The notes under the pieces are model-generated. The model saw only the letters and a list, made by a program, of their open reading frames with translations. It searched no databases and was not told the DNA's origin. Position numbers and translations under genes: made by a program. Source: Eledone cirrhosa (taxonomy: Eukaryota). Taken from it: DNA of 64,000 nucleotides. Positions 1-14,311 of this stretch are shown here, piece after piece. Numbering within the stretch: the first letter of the stretch is position 1; each line of letters begins with the position of its first letter. The stretch covers positions 80,662,001 through 80,726,000 of the forward strand of contig OZ024747.1 of NCBI GenBank assembly GCA_964016885.1, in the 5' to 3' direction.

Positions 1-531
1 AACATGCACAGTAGTGGAAATTAGCTGCCCAGCAGATGCCAATATAATATCAAAGATTAGTGAAAAGGAGAATATTTATGCAGAACTGATGAGAAATCTG
101 CAGATACTCCACCCTGATTACACCTTCAGATTTATGCCTGTGATTATTGGGGCACTGGGGTATGTTAGTAACTGCCTCAATACAAATCTTAAGAAGCTAG
201 GCTTCACAGGAACAGAAAGAACGCAACTAGTTAGGAAATTACAAATATAATCCATTAATGGAACAGTAAAAATTTGTAAAACATTCCAAAAATGTTGCAT
301 CTAATAACTGCATATACACATGTACAGATACAAAGCATATACACATGCACACATACAACTCAAAATATACACATCCACACATACAATAGCATCCATATCT
401 ACACATGCATGCATACATACATATCTACCTAGTTGATGTTGTGTAAATTCCAATGAGAGAGTCTTGTGTCTATGTTAGAAACCGACTCTCTCTCTATTGG
501 TAAAACTTTGTGAAATTATAAAACCAGAAGA
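1..531 (+). mobile_element. 3' fragment of an R4/Dong-type (REL endonuclease) non-LTR retrotransposon, running off the window start
   Basis: Translation VVEISCPADANI..KENIY..L..FMPVIIGALG is the C-terminal half of a restriction-like endonuclease. Nearly identical to the 21697-23190 copy, but has a premature TAA at 248-250 where that copy has CAA. The 3' UTR is shared to ~531. Confidence 0.85.
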
Positions 532-1339
532 ACACACATACATGAGGATTGCCGTGTCTTCACAGATGATTGCCATCTCTTATTGATTCTTCGTTATCAT
601 CCCATCTGAAACCATTACGTCGTAGATGAGTTTGTAGGCCAGCTGTATATCTGCATGGTGTAAGACATAGGTGACAGAAGAGGGTTGTGCTTTCCACGGG
701 ACCATGGGGTCACCCTGTGTCACACTATCTTCATGTACCACCATGTGTTTTTTACATACATACATAAATAAATGCCTAGCTAACTACTCTAATCTACTTA
801 ATTGCCTACCTACCTACCCAACTATCTACTTAATTGCCTCTCTACCAACCCACCTATCTATTTACATGCCTACCTCTCTACCTACCCACCTAAAAACTTA
901 CCAATCCACCTAAAAACTTAACCCACCGACCTAAAACGAATATTTTCTTTCACCTTTTATAAGATAAGTTTAGTATTGTATATATAAACCATTGTAGCCA
1001 ATGGAGAACTTATTAGTATTATGATTATTGTTACTACTACAACTAATATAAGAAAGATTAATTTCAATTCAGCCATTTTTACAAATCGAATGCATAATTC
1101 AAATCTTTCTAATGATGTCTTTCGTTGATGATAAATTAGCTATTTCTTCTCGTTCATTGCTTGAATAAAGCATGTTTATCTTTGCGGAATATCAAACGAT
1201 ATAAAAAATGTTACTAAAAATATTATTAACAACAATGATAAATACACAAGCAGTCACCAAACCCAAATAAGTAGCAATATTGATCAACTCGACTATGTTT
1301 GATGAACAAGACTTCCTCCAATTACGAAGATTCTATGAG

Positions 1340-2110
1340 CATAGTGATGGTAGTGGTGGTGCTGGTGGTGGTAGTAGTGGCTGGATGGTAATGGTGGTGG
1401 TGGTGGTGGTGTTAATGGTGGTGATGGTGGTGATGGTGGTGACGACAACGATGTATGTGGTGGTGGTGGTGTTGATGGTGGTGATGGTGGTGCTGGTGGT
1501 GACGACAACGATGTATGTGGTGGTGGTGGTGGTGTTGATGGTGGTGATGGTGGTGATGGTGGTGACGACAACGATGTATGTGGTGGTGATGGTGTTGATG
1601 GTAGTGATGGTGGTGATGGTGGTGACGACAACGATGGCCGTGGTGGTGGTGGTGGTGGTGGTGATGGTGGTGGTGGTTTTGACGACAACGATGTATGTGG
1701 TGGTGGTGGTGTTGATGGTGGTGATGGTGCTGCTGGTGGTGACGACAACGATGTATGTGGTGGTGGTGGTCTTGATGGTGGTGATGGTGGTGATGGTGGT
1801 GACGACAACGATGTATGTGGTGGTGATGGTGGTGATGGTAGTGATGGTGGTGATGGTGGTGACGACAACGATGTATGTGGTGTTGGTGGTGTTGATGGTA
1901 GTGATGGTGGTGATGGTGGTGGTGGTGATGGTGGTGATGGTGGTGGTGGTGGTGATGGTGGTGGTGGTGGTGACGACAACGATGTATGTGGTGGTGGTGG
2001 TGTTGATGGTAGTGATGGTGGTGATGGTGGTGGTGGTGATGGTGGTGATGGTGGTGGTGGTGACGACGATGTCGGTGTTGGTGGTGGTGCCGACAACGAT
2101 GCCTCTGGTG
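1340..2110. repeat. (GGT/GAT)n-derived minisatellite with ~60-bp higher-order unit
   Basis: Marker GACGACAACGATG recurs at 1441, 1501, 1564, 1624, 1681, 1741, 1801, 1861 and ~1972. Confidence 0.95.
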
Positions 2111-2239
2111 GTGGGGGTGGTGGTGGCGGTGAAGATGTCGGTGATGGTGGTGGTGGGGATCACAATTGGAATGGTCATGGCGTTGGTAACGGTCTTGATG
2201 TTATTGTTGTTAGTTGTTAGTTGTGATGACGATTTGTAG

Positions 2240-2653
2240 TACTGCTGTTGCTGTTGTTGTTGTTGGTGTTGCTGTTGTTGTTGTTGTTGCTGTTGTTGTT
2301 GTTGCTGTTGTTGTTGCTGTTGTTGTTGCTGTTGTTGTTGCTGTTGTTGTTGCTGTTACTGTTGTTGATGTTGCTGTTGTTGTTGTTGTTGATGTTGCTG
2401 TTGTTGTTGTTGTTGATGATGTTGTTGATGTTGTTGTTGATGATGTTGTTGATGTTGCTGTTGTTGTTGCTGTTGTTGCTGTTGTTGTTGTTGTTGCTGT
2501 TGTTGTTGTTGTTGTTACTGTTGTTGATGTTGCTGTTGTTGTTGATGATGTTGTTGATGTTGTTGTTGATGATGTTGTTGATGTTGCTGTTGTTGTTGCT
2601 GTTGTTGCTGTTGTTGTTGTTGTTGCTGTTGTTGTTGTTGCTGTTGTTGTTGC

Positions 2654-2688
<35 letters not shown>

Positions 2689-2785
2689 CTGTTGTTGTTG
2701 TTGCTGTTGTTGATGTTGCTGTTGTTGTTGTTGGTGTTGATACTGTTGTTGTTGTGGTTGTTATTGCTGTTGTTGTTGTTGCTGT
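2240..2785. repeat. Degenerate (GTT/GCT/GAT)n trinucleotide array
   Basis: Read directly from the sequence. Confidence 0.95.
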
Positions 2786-2859
2786 GTACAGTAATTTGTG
2801 GGGTTTAGTCTTAACTATATAGGAAGCAAAATTGAAAATGGTTGCGGCGACACAGAGAT

Positions 2860-5960
<3,101 letters not shown>

Positions 5961-6370
5961 TTCAAATATATTCCATATATACGTCTATATATACGTCCAT
6001 ATATATACGTCCACATATGTATGTGTTTGCGTATCTGTGTGTATATTCGTATTTACGAGTGTGTATCTACATGAACGTATATATGTGTTAAGATGTTCCC
6101 TGCATTGCTAAAGACAAAAAGGAAAAAGAATAGGAACGAAATTATATGAGAGTATTGGATGAGATTTCACCTTGAATAGTAAATAGGATAACAGATCTGT
6201 GTCAGAGAATATTACACTAGAGGATAGAGGATAACTCGTGTAGTAATCTAGTTTATGCCGTAACTTAAATATGGCGGCTGTTACGCAATAGAATATTTTA
6301 ATACTTTTTTTAATTATAAAATAACGGTGTTTTGTAAAGGAATACACTATTCAACGTTATCTAAATGTTC

Positions 6371-6563
6371 AGGGCGGTGGATTGGCAGTATCGGTAGAGG
6401 GTCTGACGCTATGCTTTGCAGCAAAGAGTTACGGCCCTTTATGGTCTGAGTTCAAATCCCGCTGAGGTTAACTTTGCTTCCATCCTTACGAGGTCGATAA
6501 AATAAAGTACCAGTAATGTACTGGGATAAGTGCTGGCTTTGTGCCAAAAGTAGAAACAATTAT
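6371..6563 (+). mobile_element. tRNA-derived SINE, family A (full length)
   Basis: Box A TGGCAGTATCGG, box B GAGTTCAAATCC, central TTTGC..CATCCTTACGAGGTCGATAAAATAAAGTACCAG (recalled as resembling the Meta/Sauria-type central domain), tail TGTGCCAAAAGTAGAAACAATTAT. Many copies in the window. Confidence 0.85.
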
Positions 6564-7199
6564 CTAAATGTTACACAAACATAAATTTATGCATACATAC
6601 ATGCATACATACATGCATATATACATGCATACATACATGCATACATACATGCATATATGGTCGTTTTCGAGTACGGCCACTACTTTATATCCATGTAGGA
6701 GAACCCCTACCGATGGGCTGAACGAGTGTGACTTTTTAGTCCAGCCAGCGACTTGAAAACTCTGGTACAAACACTACACTTGTGACAATTATTGATACAT
6801 AGTACTGGGCCCATGGTACCATGTGACGACACGTGCAGAGAGATCTCCAGATATAAAGCAATGCCTGTGCCGTTAAACTTTTATAGTGAGCAAAGACACT
6901 GCACAAAGCCAGTCCCACTCTCTTAACCAAGATGGTATTTACCAAAAAGAAGAACAAGTCAACATCATTGGATACCATCAGGTGTTATATCAGAGTTTTC
7001 CTTCTCCTAGAATTCTGCCTTGACAAAGGCTAATGGGTCATCTCTCCCGGTGATTTTGGATGGCCATTGACTCTTAAGAGCTCCTTTGCCTTTTGACATG
7101 TTTTGTTTTTAGTCCTGCAGGATGTCCAAAGTCACCCTCCTCACCAAGAAACCTTGCATATACATGCATATGTTATTTATAAGAGAATGATTTTTATAC

Positions 7200-7780
7200 T
7201 AAAGTGGAATGAGCTTTATGTCACGACGGCACCTCTACTATCTATCAGGTTTTGAGAAACGAAAAGAGCTTGGTTTGCCATTGTTTTGGAGAGGTATTAA
7301 GCAGTTTTGTCTCTTGATAAATCAACGTTGAGTGTTTTTTTAGCCGACGTATTTCCGAAAGATTCGTGGGTCATGGCGGCAGAGTCTTCAAACACTGCAA
7401 TAGCAGTCTTCAATTGATCCAGGTGAATCCCAAAGCGAGATCTGCCAAGCTTATAGATGTTATGAACCATCTTGTTCAGGGTCTACACCTGGGTCTTCTC
7501 TCGTTTGATTTTTTACCCATAAAATCTGCCAAACAATTCTTTCCTGAGACATTCTAACCACATACCCGTAGTATCGGGGATGTGATATCTCAATACGGAG
7601 AGAAGTATCAGCTTTACCTGGAGCGACACTCGTACCTGCGAACGACACATTCTATCGAATAACGTTACTTCGAGGCGCAGTCGGAGGAACCCCATATCGG
7701 CCACTTGAATTCGTGATTGTATTTTATCGGTCATGGTACGGATACCGAATTGAAAATAGCGAGTTTCAGTTTTACACCTT
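7200..7780 (-). mobile_element. Decayed RTE-clade LINE fragment (post-RT region)
   Basis: Frameshifted translation MTDKIQSRIQVADMGFLR...YGYVVRMSQERIVWQIL. A homologous copy lies at 48690-49200 (+). Confidence 0.65.
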
Positions 7781-8340
7781 CCTCCCTTCTTCTGTTCACC
7801 ATGTTTCCTTTATAACTGTTTTGCAATGAATCTGATGATGTCACTGGTCATTGAAATACATATATGCCTACAGAGTAAAACCTTTAACGAATTTCAACAA
7901 AGCACCAGTAATGCGCTGGGGTCGATTTAATTGAATTTCCCCTCCCGCCAAATTTCTGGCCTTGTGCCTAAAATAGAAACAATTATTTTGGATATCCCGT
8001 AACATTGGTGAAACAGCGTAAACAGACACAATTAATAACATAAATTAATTGTGTGAGAGAGAATTGAGCACAAATCAACAGACTGGGGCCAACAAACAAG
8101 TTTTTAATTTGGTGTTATTATGTTTAAAATTAATCGATTCCGTGATTGTTTTAGGTTAGGTAGTTTTGCTAGCATGCCAAGTCTATATTTGTCGGGTCAA
8201 TAAAGAAATCAGCTCAGAGGTCAGCGGGTGTTATCGTCTTTAGTCAACGCGCAGTCGTCTAATTATTGCTACTGTTGTCTTCGCCTAGAAATAGCAGATC
8301 GTTACACGCAACTTAGGCACCTCTCTCTTCCACTTTCTCC

Positions 8341-8411
<71 letters not shown>

Positions 8412-8453
8412 GCTCTCTCTCTCTCTCTCTCTCTCTCTCATGTATATATATAC

Positions 8454-8520
<67 letters not shown>

Positions 8521-9118
8521 TAAATCTGATAAATAAAAATAAGATATTCAATTTTTCTGAAGATAGACAAGTGGGAAAGAGAAGTGATCGATCCAAGAAA
8601 AGTTTTAAATGACAAAAGAAACTCTTCAATTTGATCCACGCTTCGTATTGTTGTGAAGTGTGGTTTAACTACGGGGTCTATATTCAAATTCAGTGTAGAT
8701 ATATGTTTACTAAACATCTATTATGTATTTCGTCTATTCCTAGCAACGCTATGTTGTAATATATTTGGAAATTCCCTTTAATCAATACTGTACTTTCATT
8801 TTCCTTTTCTTTGCTTGTCGTAATTCATTTGATATTTACTTAAAAGAACCTCATTACAAAAGAAACTAATTTTTATAAACTCAACAGCTTGTCAAGTGAG
8901 ATAAGCTTTCTCAGATAAATCTCTAATTGAAGACATAATTTGTCACTTTCAGGACAATTTCATCCTTGTTTAGGAGACGTGCAGATAAGATTATCCCTTT
9001 TTATAAGTATGTTATTTTGACTGTGAATATACTTTGTATTCCTTAAATTCCTATTCTCATTTAGAGGTGGGGCTGTTTTTCTCCTTCTCTGGCTGAAAGT
9101 GCAAGTTCAAACATTTAA

Positions 9119-9340
9119 CCCTTTAGCCTTTTTAACCGGCCATATGCGGCCAGAATTCTTTCACCTCTTTTTGTTCAAACCGGCTGTAACCGGCTACTCA
9201 TGCTGATGTTAAGGTATTGTTCTCAAAGTAAATAATATCAAAATCTCGTAGCTTCGATATTATGTGAGATAATTATGTGAGGTAAAGCCTTTACCACAAA
9301 AATACAACAGTATATATAGAATAATGTGAATGCTAAAGGG
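9119..9340. mobile_element. piggyBac-type MITE
   Basis: TIRs CCCTTTAGC (9119) and GCTAAAGGG (9340), flanked by TTAA on both sides. Confidence 0.85.
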
Positions 9341-10089
9341 TTAAAGATTGTAAGGTATTTGATACCACCGAAAATATATTCTCTAAGTTTGTATCATTTT
9401 CCTTTGACTTTTTTCTCTGAGACGTTTTTACTTTTAATTATGCAAATTAACTTTGGACTAGAATGTATTTATCTTGTTTTGTATATATTAGTTTGTCTTA
9501 TACAGATGGGAGCAGAAATACTGTGCTATGAGGATGACGTCACAGATCAGGCCGAATGACATTTCCATAACAATTACTCGAAGGTTTTGGTTTACATCCT
9601 TGCCTTGAGAGTATAATTTCAATAAATTAAGTATTTGTTGTATCCTTCCATCAGGACACACACTTTTAATTTAATCATCTGGTTCTTTGAATTAATTTGT
9701 CTAAGTTCGTTTTACTTTTGATTATGAAAATTATCCTTAACCAATAATTTATTCAGCTCTAATGATAAGATCATCGTTAAGATCAAAATATGTGTTCATA
9801 TTTATCTCTCTTCTCAGAAACAAATGTCATATTGTCCTTTTCCTTAAATGGATTAATTCAACCGTGAATTTATTAGTAATTCCCTGTAATTATCTGCTCT
9901 ATTCATCCATAGATCAGGGATGTGCTAACAGATATAACTAGGCCTATATTTTCGTTCTCTATCTGAGTGTATAATTTCAATAAATTTAAAATTTATCTTG
10001 TGCAGCATTCAGTACATCAGCGTAAGTTAATTATATGTATATGTGTGTGTGTGCGTATGTATGTGTGTGTGCGTGTGCGCGTGTGTGCG

Positions 10090-10217
<128 letters not shown>

Positions 10218-10589
10218 GGTGGTTTGCTAGATTCAAAGTAAGCTTTTGCCAGACATAAATGACTTGTAATCTTTCTGTCACCGCTTTACGTTCAGTTGAT
10301 CTGGCTGAAATGAAACACAAATTAGATTTGATATAGTAATTTCAAATAAAAATTATACACGAAGATATAAATCTAATAAAACACTAAATACACTTATCAT
10401 CTGCAACATAATATTGACTACAGTTATCTTATCACTACCAACACAAAAAACTTCATATTTATATAAATAAACCATAAATGTAACGAGGTGGAGGTACATG
10501 TGGTTAACAAGTTCCTTTCACAACAAGGATATTTAGTGGGATTTGGATTCACGGCGCAGGGACCCAGAACAAATGCTGAAGCAATTAAT

Positions 10590-10732
10590 CCGACGCATGG
10601 CTTAGTGGTTAGAGCACTGGGCTTGCAATTGAAAGGTTGTGAGTTCAATTCTCGGACCGGGTGGTGTGTTGTTTCCTTGAGCAAGACACTTTATTTCACG
10701 TTGCTCCAGTTTACTCAGCTTTAGAAATGAGA
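10590..10732 (+). mobile_element. tRNA-derived SINE, family B (CORE/V-like central domain)
   Basis: Box A TGGCTTAGTGG, box B GAGTTCAATTC, then TCCTTGAGCAAGACACTTTATTTCACGTTGCTCC. Related copies at 37405-37580, 41130-41398 (-) and 42420-42637. Confidence 0.8.
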
Positions 10733-11404
10733 TGGTGGGACTGGGGTTCCTATCATTAAATCACCCAAGGCACCTTCAACGAGATATACCTTGGAGGAGG
10801 CCAGCTAAACCTGTATAGGTGTGACAACAACAACACATTTTATCCGACGCTCTAACCACTTTGCCAGATTAACACTTATTTTTAAGGAACTCTAAACTCC
10901 CTCTTAACCTATTTCAACTTAATTTGCTATCGTATGGAATACTATTATGTCACGCTATTTGTCTGCGGTGATGGTTACAAATCCAGCAATAAATAGAATT
11001 TGTATCGCTATTAATGAGGAAAAGTGCATCGCGATCAAATATAAGACAACTGCTACACGCTTCATCTTCTTGGGGACAGTTAAAACATCTTACTCCTAAC
11101 CTTCTTGATATTTAGGTGCTATTTTATAACGCCTGACAAAACGTTACATAAATCCAGATGGAAATATCCTTACGTTAATACCACGAATGTTGTCCTATGG
11201 AATTGAAAGATGTGAGCCCTCGGCATGCTGCCAGAAAATAGCGCCTTGTGCACTCCAAAGGTATTTTCTCATAAGGAGAAATATATGTCAAAATTTCTCG
11301 AGAAAGATCCCATTAAAAATGTTTTTATTTTCCTATTTAAAAAAAAAACCCACCACCACTGATTTTCATTCCTTTTAATTGATGCACACAAAATATTAAA
11401 TGGT

Positions 11405-11443
<39 letters not shown>

Positions 11444-11504
11444 GTGTGTGTGCGTGTGTATGCGTGTGAGTGTGTGTGTATGTGTGGGTGTGCGTGTGAG
11501 TGTG

Positions 11505-11599
<95 letters not shown>

Positions 11600-12237
11600 G
11601 TGTTTGTGAAGGAAAATATTTATGTTTGTATATATATGATCAAAATATTGGCAAGTTTCCTCGAATGTTTCAACTACATAAATCGAAATATTTTCTTTTC
11701 TCATTCCTATAAGCACCCAGTTTGTTTCTGTTATTTTTTTTCAATATTTTTCCATTTCTCTCCGTTTTCTTTTTTCAATATCAATTTCGTCTCCCTTTTT
11801 TCTCATCATATTTCTCCCCCTCTCAAATGTTTTGTTCATTTCCTTTTACCATTCCATTCAAATAGTTTTATCCTTATCCACCATTTTCTACTCTATCCTT
11901 CTATTCACTAATTTATCATCTTTATCTAATTTTTACCATCTTCAATAATTATCATCTTCTCCAAATTTTGTTTGCCATTCTTCACTCTACTTTTAACACC
12001 ATTCGTTTTTATTATATATCGTTATATTTTTGTCATCAGTCTTCATTTGTAACTTCCATCGGTTTATTTTTAGTTCCCTCCATTTTGTAATATTTATATC
12101 GTCTATCTCTAAATCATAACACTTCTTTGTCAATTACTAGCAAATACTTCTCTCCTCCTTGTATGTTTTAGATTGTTCTCCAGTCTCCACTGGATAGTCC
12201 AATTCTCTTCTATAACGTACCCAATGGCCCCTCCTTT

Positions 12238-12273
<36 letters not shown>

Positions 12274-12474
12274 GATAGAGTAAGACACGCTTCACATCGG
12301 CTCCGCTATTCCATCGGGATTTACCCTTACTATTGTAAGTACCGGATAAATTTTTCAGTGCAACACATTTGGAACACTAACCCCTGTTATTTAGGGAAAC
12401 ATTTTTGCATTTACCCCCTTTTTAGGGGGTAAAATAAATATCTATTTTTGCCGAAAAATTTCTTTCTTGGCAGC

Positions 12475-14306
12475 ATGGCGGAAAAGATGGCAGACATGTC
12501 TGCCATTAGCTCTGCCACGCCCCCCAAGTCTGAAGAACAAAAAATAATTACAACAAAATTAGACAATGAAACAAACAAAGAAAATGAAAAAGCAAATGTT
12601 AAGGAAAATGAGCAAACGGAAAACAAACAAACAGGAAATAATACAAATAACAACAGGGCAACTTTCGCCCAGAAAACAAAACAATCCATTACATACATAC
12701 CAATTGACCTAACTGCCGCCAGAGAAAAACTGGCCGAAGCAAAGAAACACATTGTTTTGGGGGAGAACGGAATGTTTTCCATTAACTCCCCCCCCCAGAA
12801 TTCAAGAGAGAAAGAACAGAGAACACAGTTCTCTTCAGAACTATACTGAACCAGACAAGAAAGCCAGCACAGCCCAGCCAAATGGAAATAGAGTTAGTCC
12901 TAAAAGACTATATGAAGAATATTCTCTTCATACGAAAGGACCGACTCTATGGCAGCATTTCGGTCCTAACAAGAGACAAGGAAACGGCGGAGAAGCTTTC
13001 CCTAAGCCCACTCTCATCGACAACATACAGCTTCTATCCCTCCTACATGGGTAGAAGAACACAGAGAGTAAAAGTAAAAACAATGCTGCCCACAATGGAC
13101 TTCTGGTGGGCTATTGCTGGCTTCATAGACATGGGCGAAGACACAATCCTGTCAATGGGGAAGGCAACTGGAGATGCGTTCCTGGGAATGGGCCTCGACA
13201 TACTAGTCCAAATGAGGCCCGAAAGAATAGCACAAATCCCGGATCGCATCTGGCTGGATGACCTTACCCCAATAGACATAATTGTAGAGGGGAGAAGACC
13301 AGCATGCTATTTATGCATGGAAAGGGGACACGTTAAGGCTAACTGCCCGAAACGTATCCCCCAAAAAGGACTATTGCCCACACCCACCACAAACAGTACA
13401 CCAACACCACCCACCTCCAAAAATACACTAATACCACACACAGCAAACAAAATACAGACACCACCAACCACAAACACAACACAAACATCACCACCACCAG
13501 CACCAAACACAAGCACGACACAAAAATCACCACCACCAACCACAACACAAACATCACCACCACCATCACCAACCACGAGCACGACACAAACATTACCACC
13601 ACCACCACAAAACCCATTCCAAACAAATAATAAAAAAAACAGTAACAAATCTACCCCTCCCGCAAAAAAAAAACAACCACACAACACGTCCCTCCCACCT
13701 AGCGCTGAAGAGTTTCCCCCAACTTCTGAAGAAGGAGGAGAAGCCTTCAGACAAGTTAAAAGAAAAAAAAGAAAACACACACCCAGCACACCACAAATAA
13801 CCCACACACAAACACCAACTCCAATCAAAAACACCCCACCCTCAACAAACAAAAATAAATCTGCGCCTCCCCTCTCCGAAACATTGACAGCATCACAAAA
13901 AAAGACGTTGCAATACACATATATAAATAAAGAAAACAAAAAACTGGTTAAATTAATAAACAATAACCCTATGGTGCAGACCGAAGGGCCAAACTTTATC
14001 TCAACAGAAAACTTCACCCATTTAAAAATGATAAAGGTCCCTCTGGACCTTTATCGTTCCTTAAAAGAACAATTTAGACGGGACGTGAGCCCCCCCTGTT
14101 TAAAACCGTTGAATCGCGTCCTCTTGAAAGATTTCCCCATAACCGCCCCTCTCCCTGACACAACTCCAAATACCCCAACCCCACCACACACGTGTACCCC
14201 CACACCACCACAAAACATCCCTCCACCCAACACACCTGATGCCATGGAAATTACGCAACCCGGAGAGGTAAGTGCTTTTCTTTCTTCACTTTCAACACCA
14301 AAATAG
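12475..14306 (+). CDS. Tx1-like ORF1 (gag-like nucleic-acid-binding protein), one frameshift in the C9 run at 12788-12796
   Basis: CYLCMERGHVKANC is a CX2CX4HX4C knuckle, followed by a P/T-rich tail with TTQTSPPP repeats. Adding one C joins ORF 12448-12849 to ORF 12882-14306 (..INSPPPEFKRERTENTVLFRT..), giving ~610 aa. Confidence 0.85.
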
Positions 14307-14311
14307 ATCAA

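Noticed and set aside
1441-1990. Regularly spaced 20-bp motif resembling a CRISPR array
   Set aside because: The spacers are near-identical (GGT/GAT)n, the context is eukaryotic, and there are no cas genes.
6371-6460. tRNA gene calls for SINE heads (also 10590, 26565, 35910, 42420)
   Set aside because: Box A/B are present but there is no complete cloverleaf, and they continue into repeat bodies.
7832-7870. CTGATGA...GAAA possible hammerhead
   Set aside because: Stem III and the cleavage triplet do not form convincingly; at best a decayed relic.
14268-14306. 39-nt mini-intron fusing ORF1 to ORF2
   Set aside because: Removal keeps the ORF1 frame and reaches TGA after two codons; neighbouring AGs are also out of the ORF2 frame.
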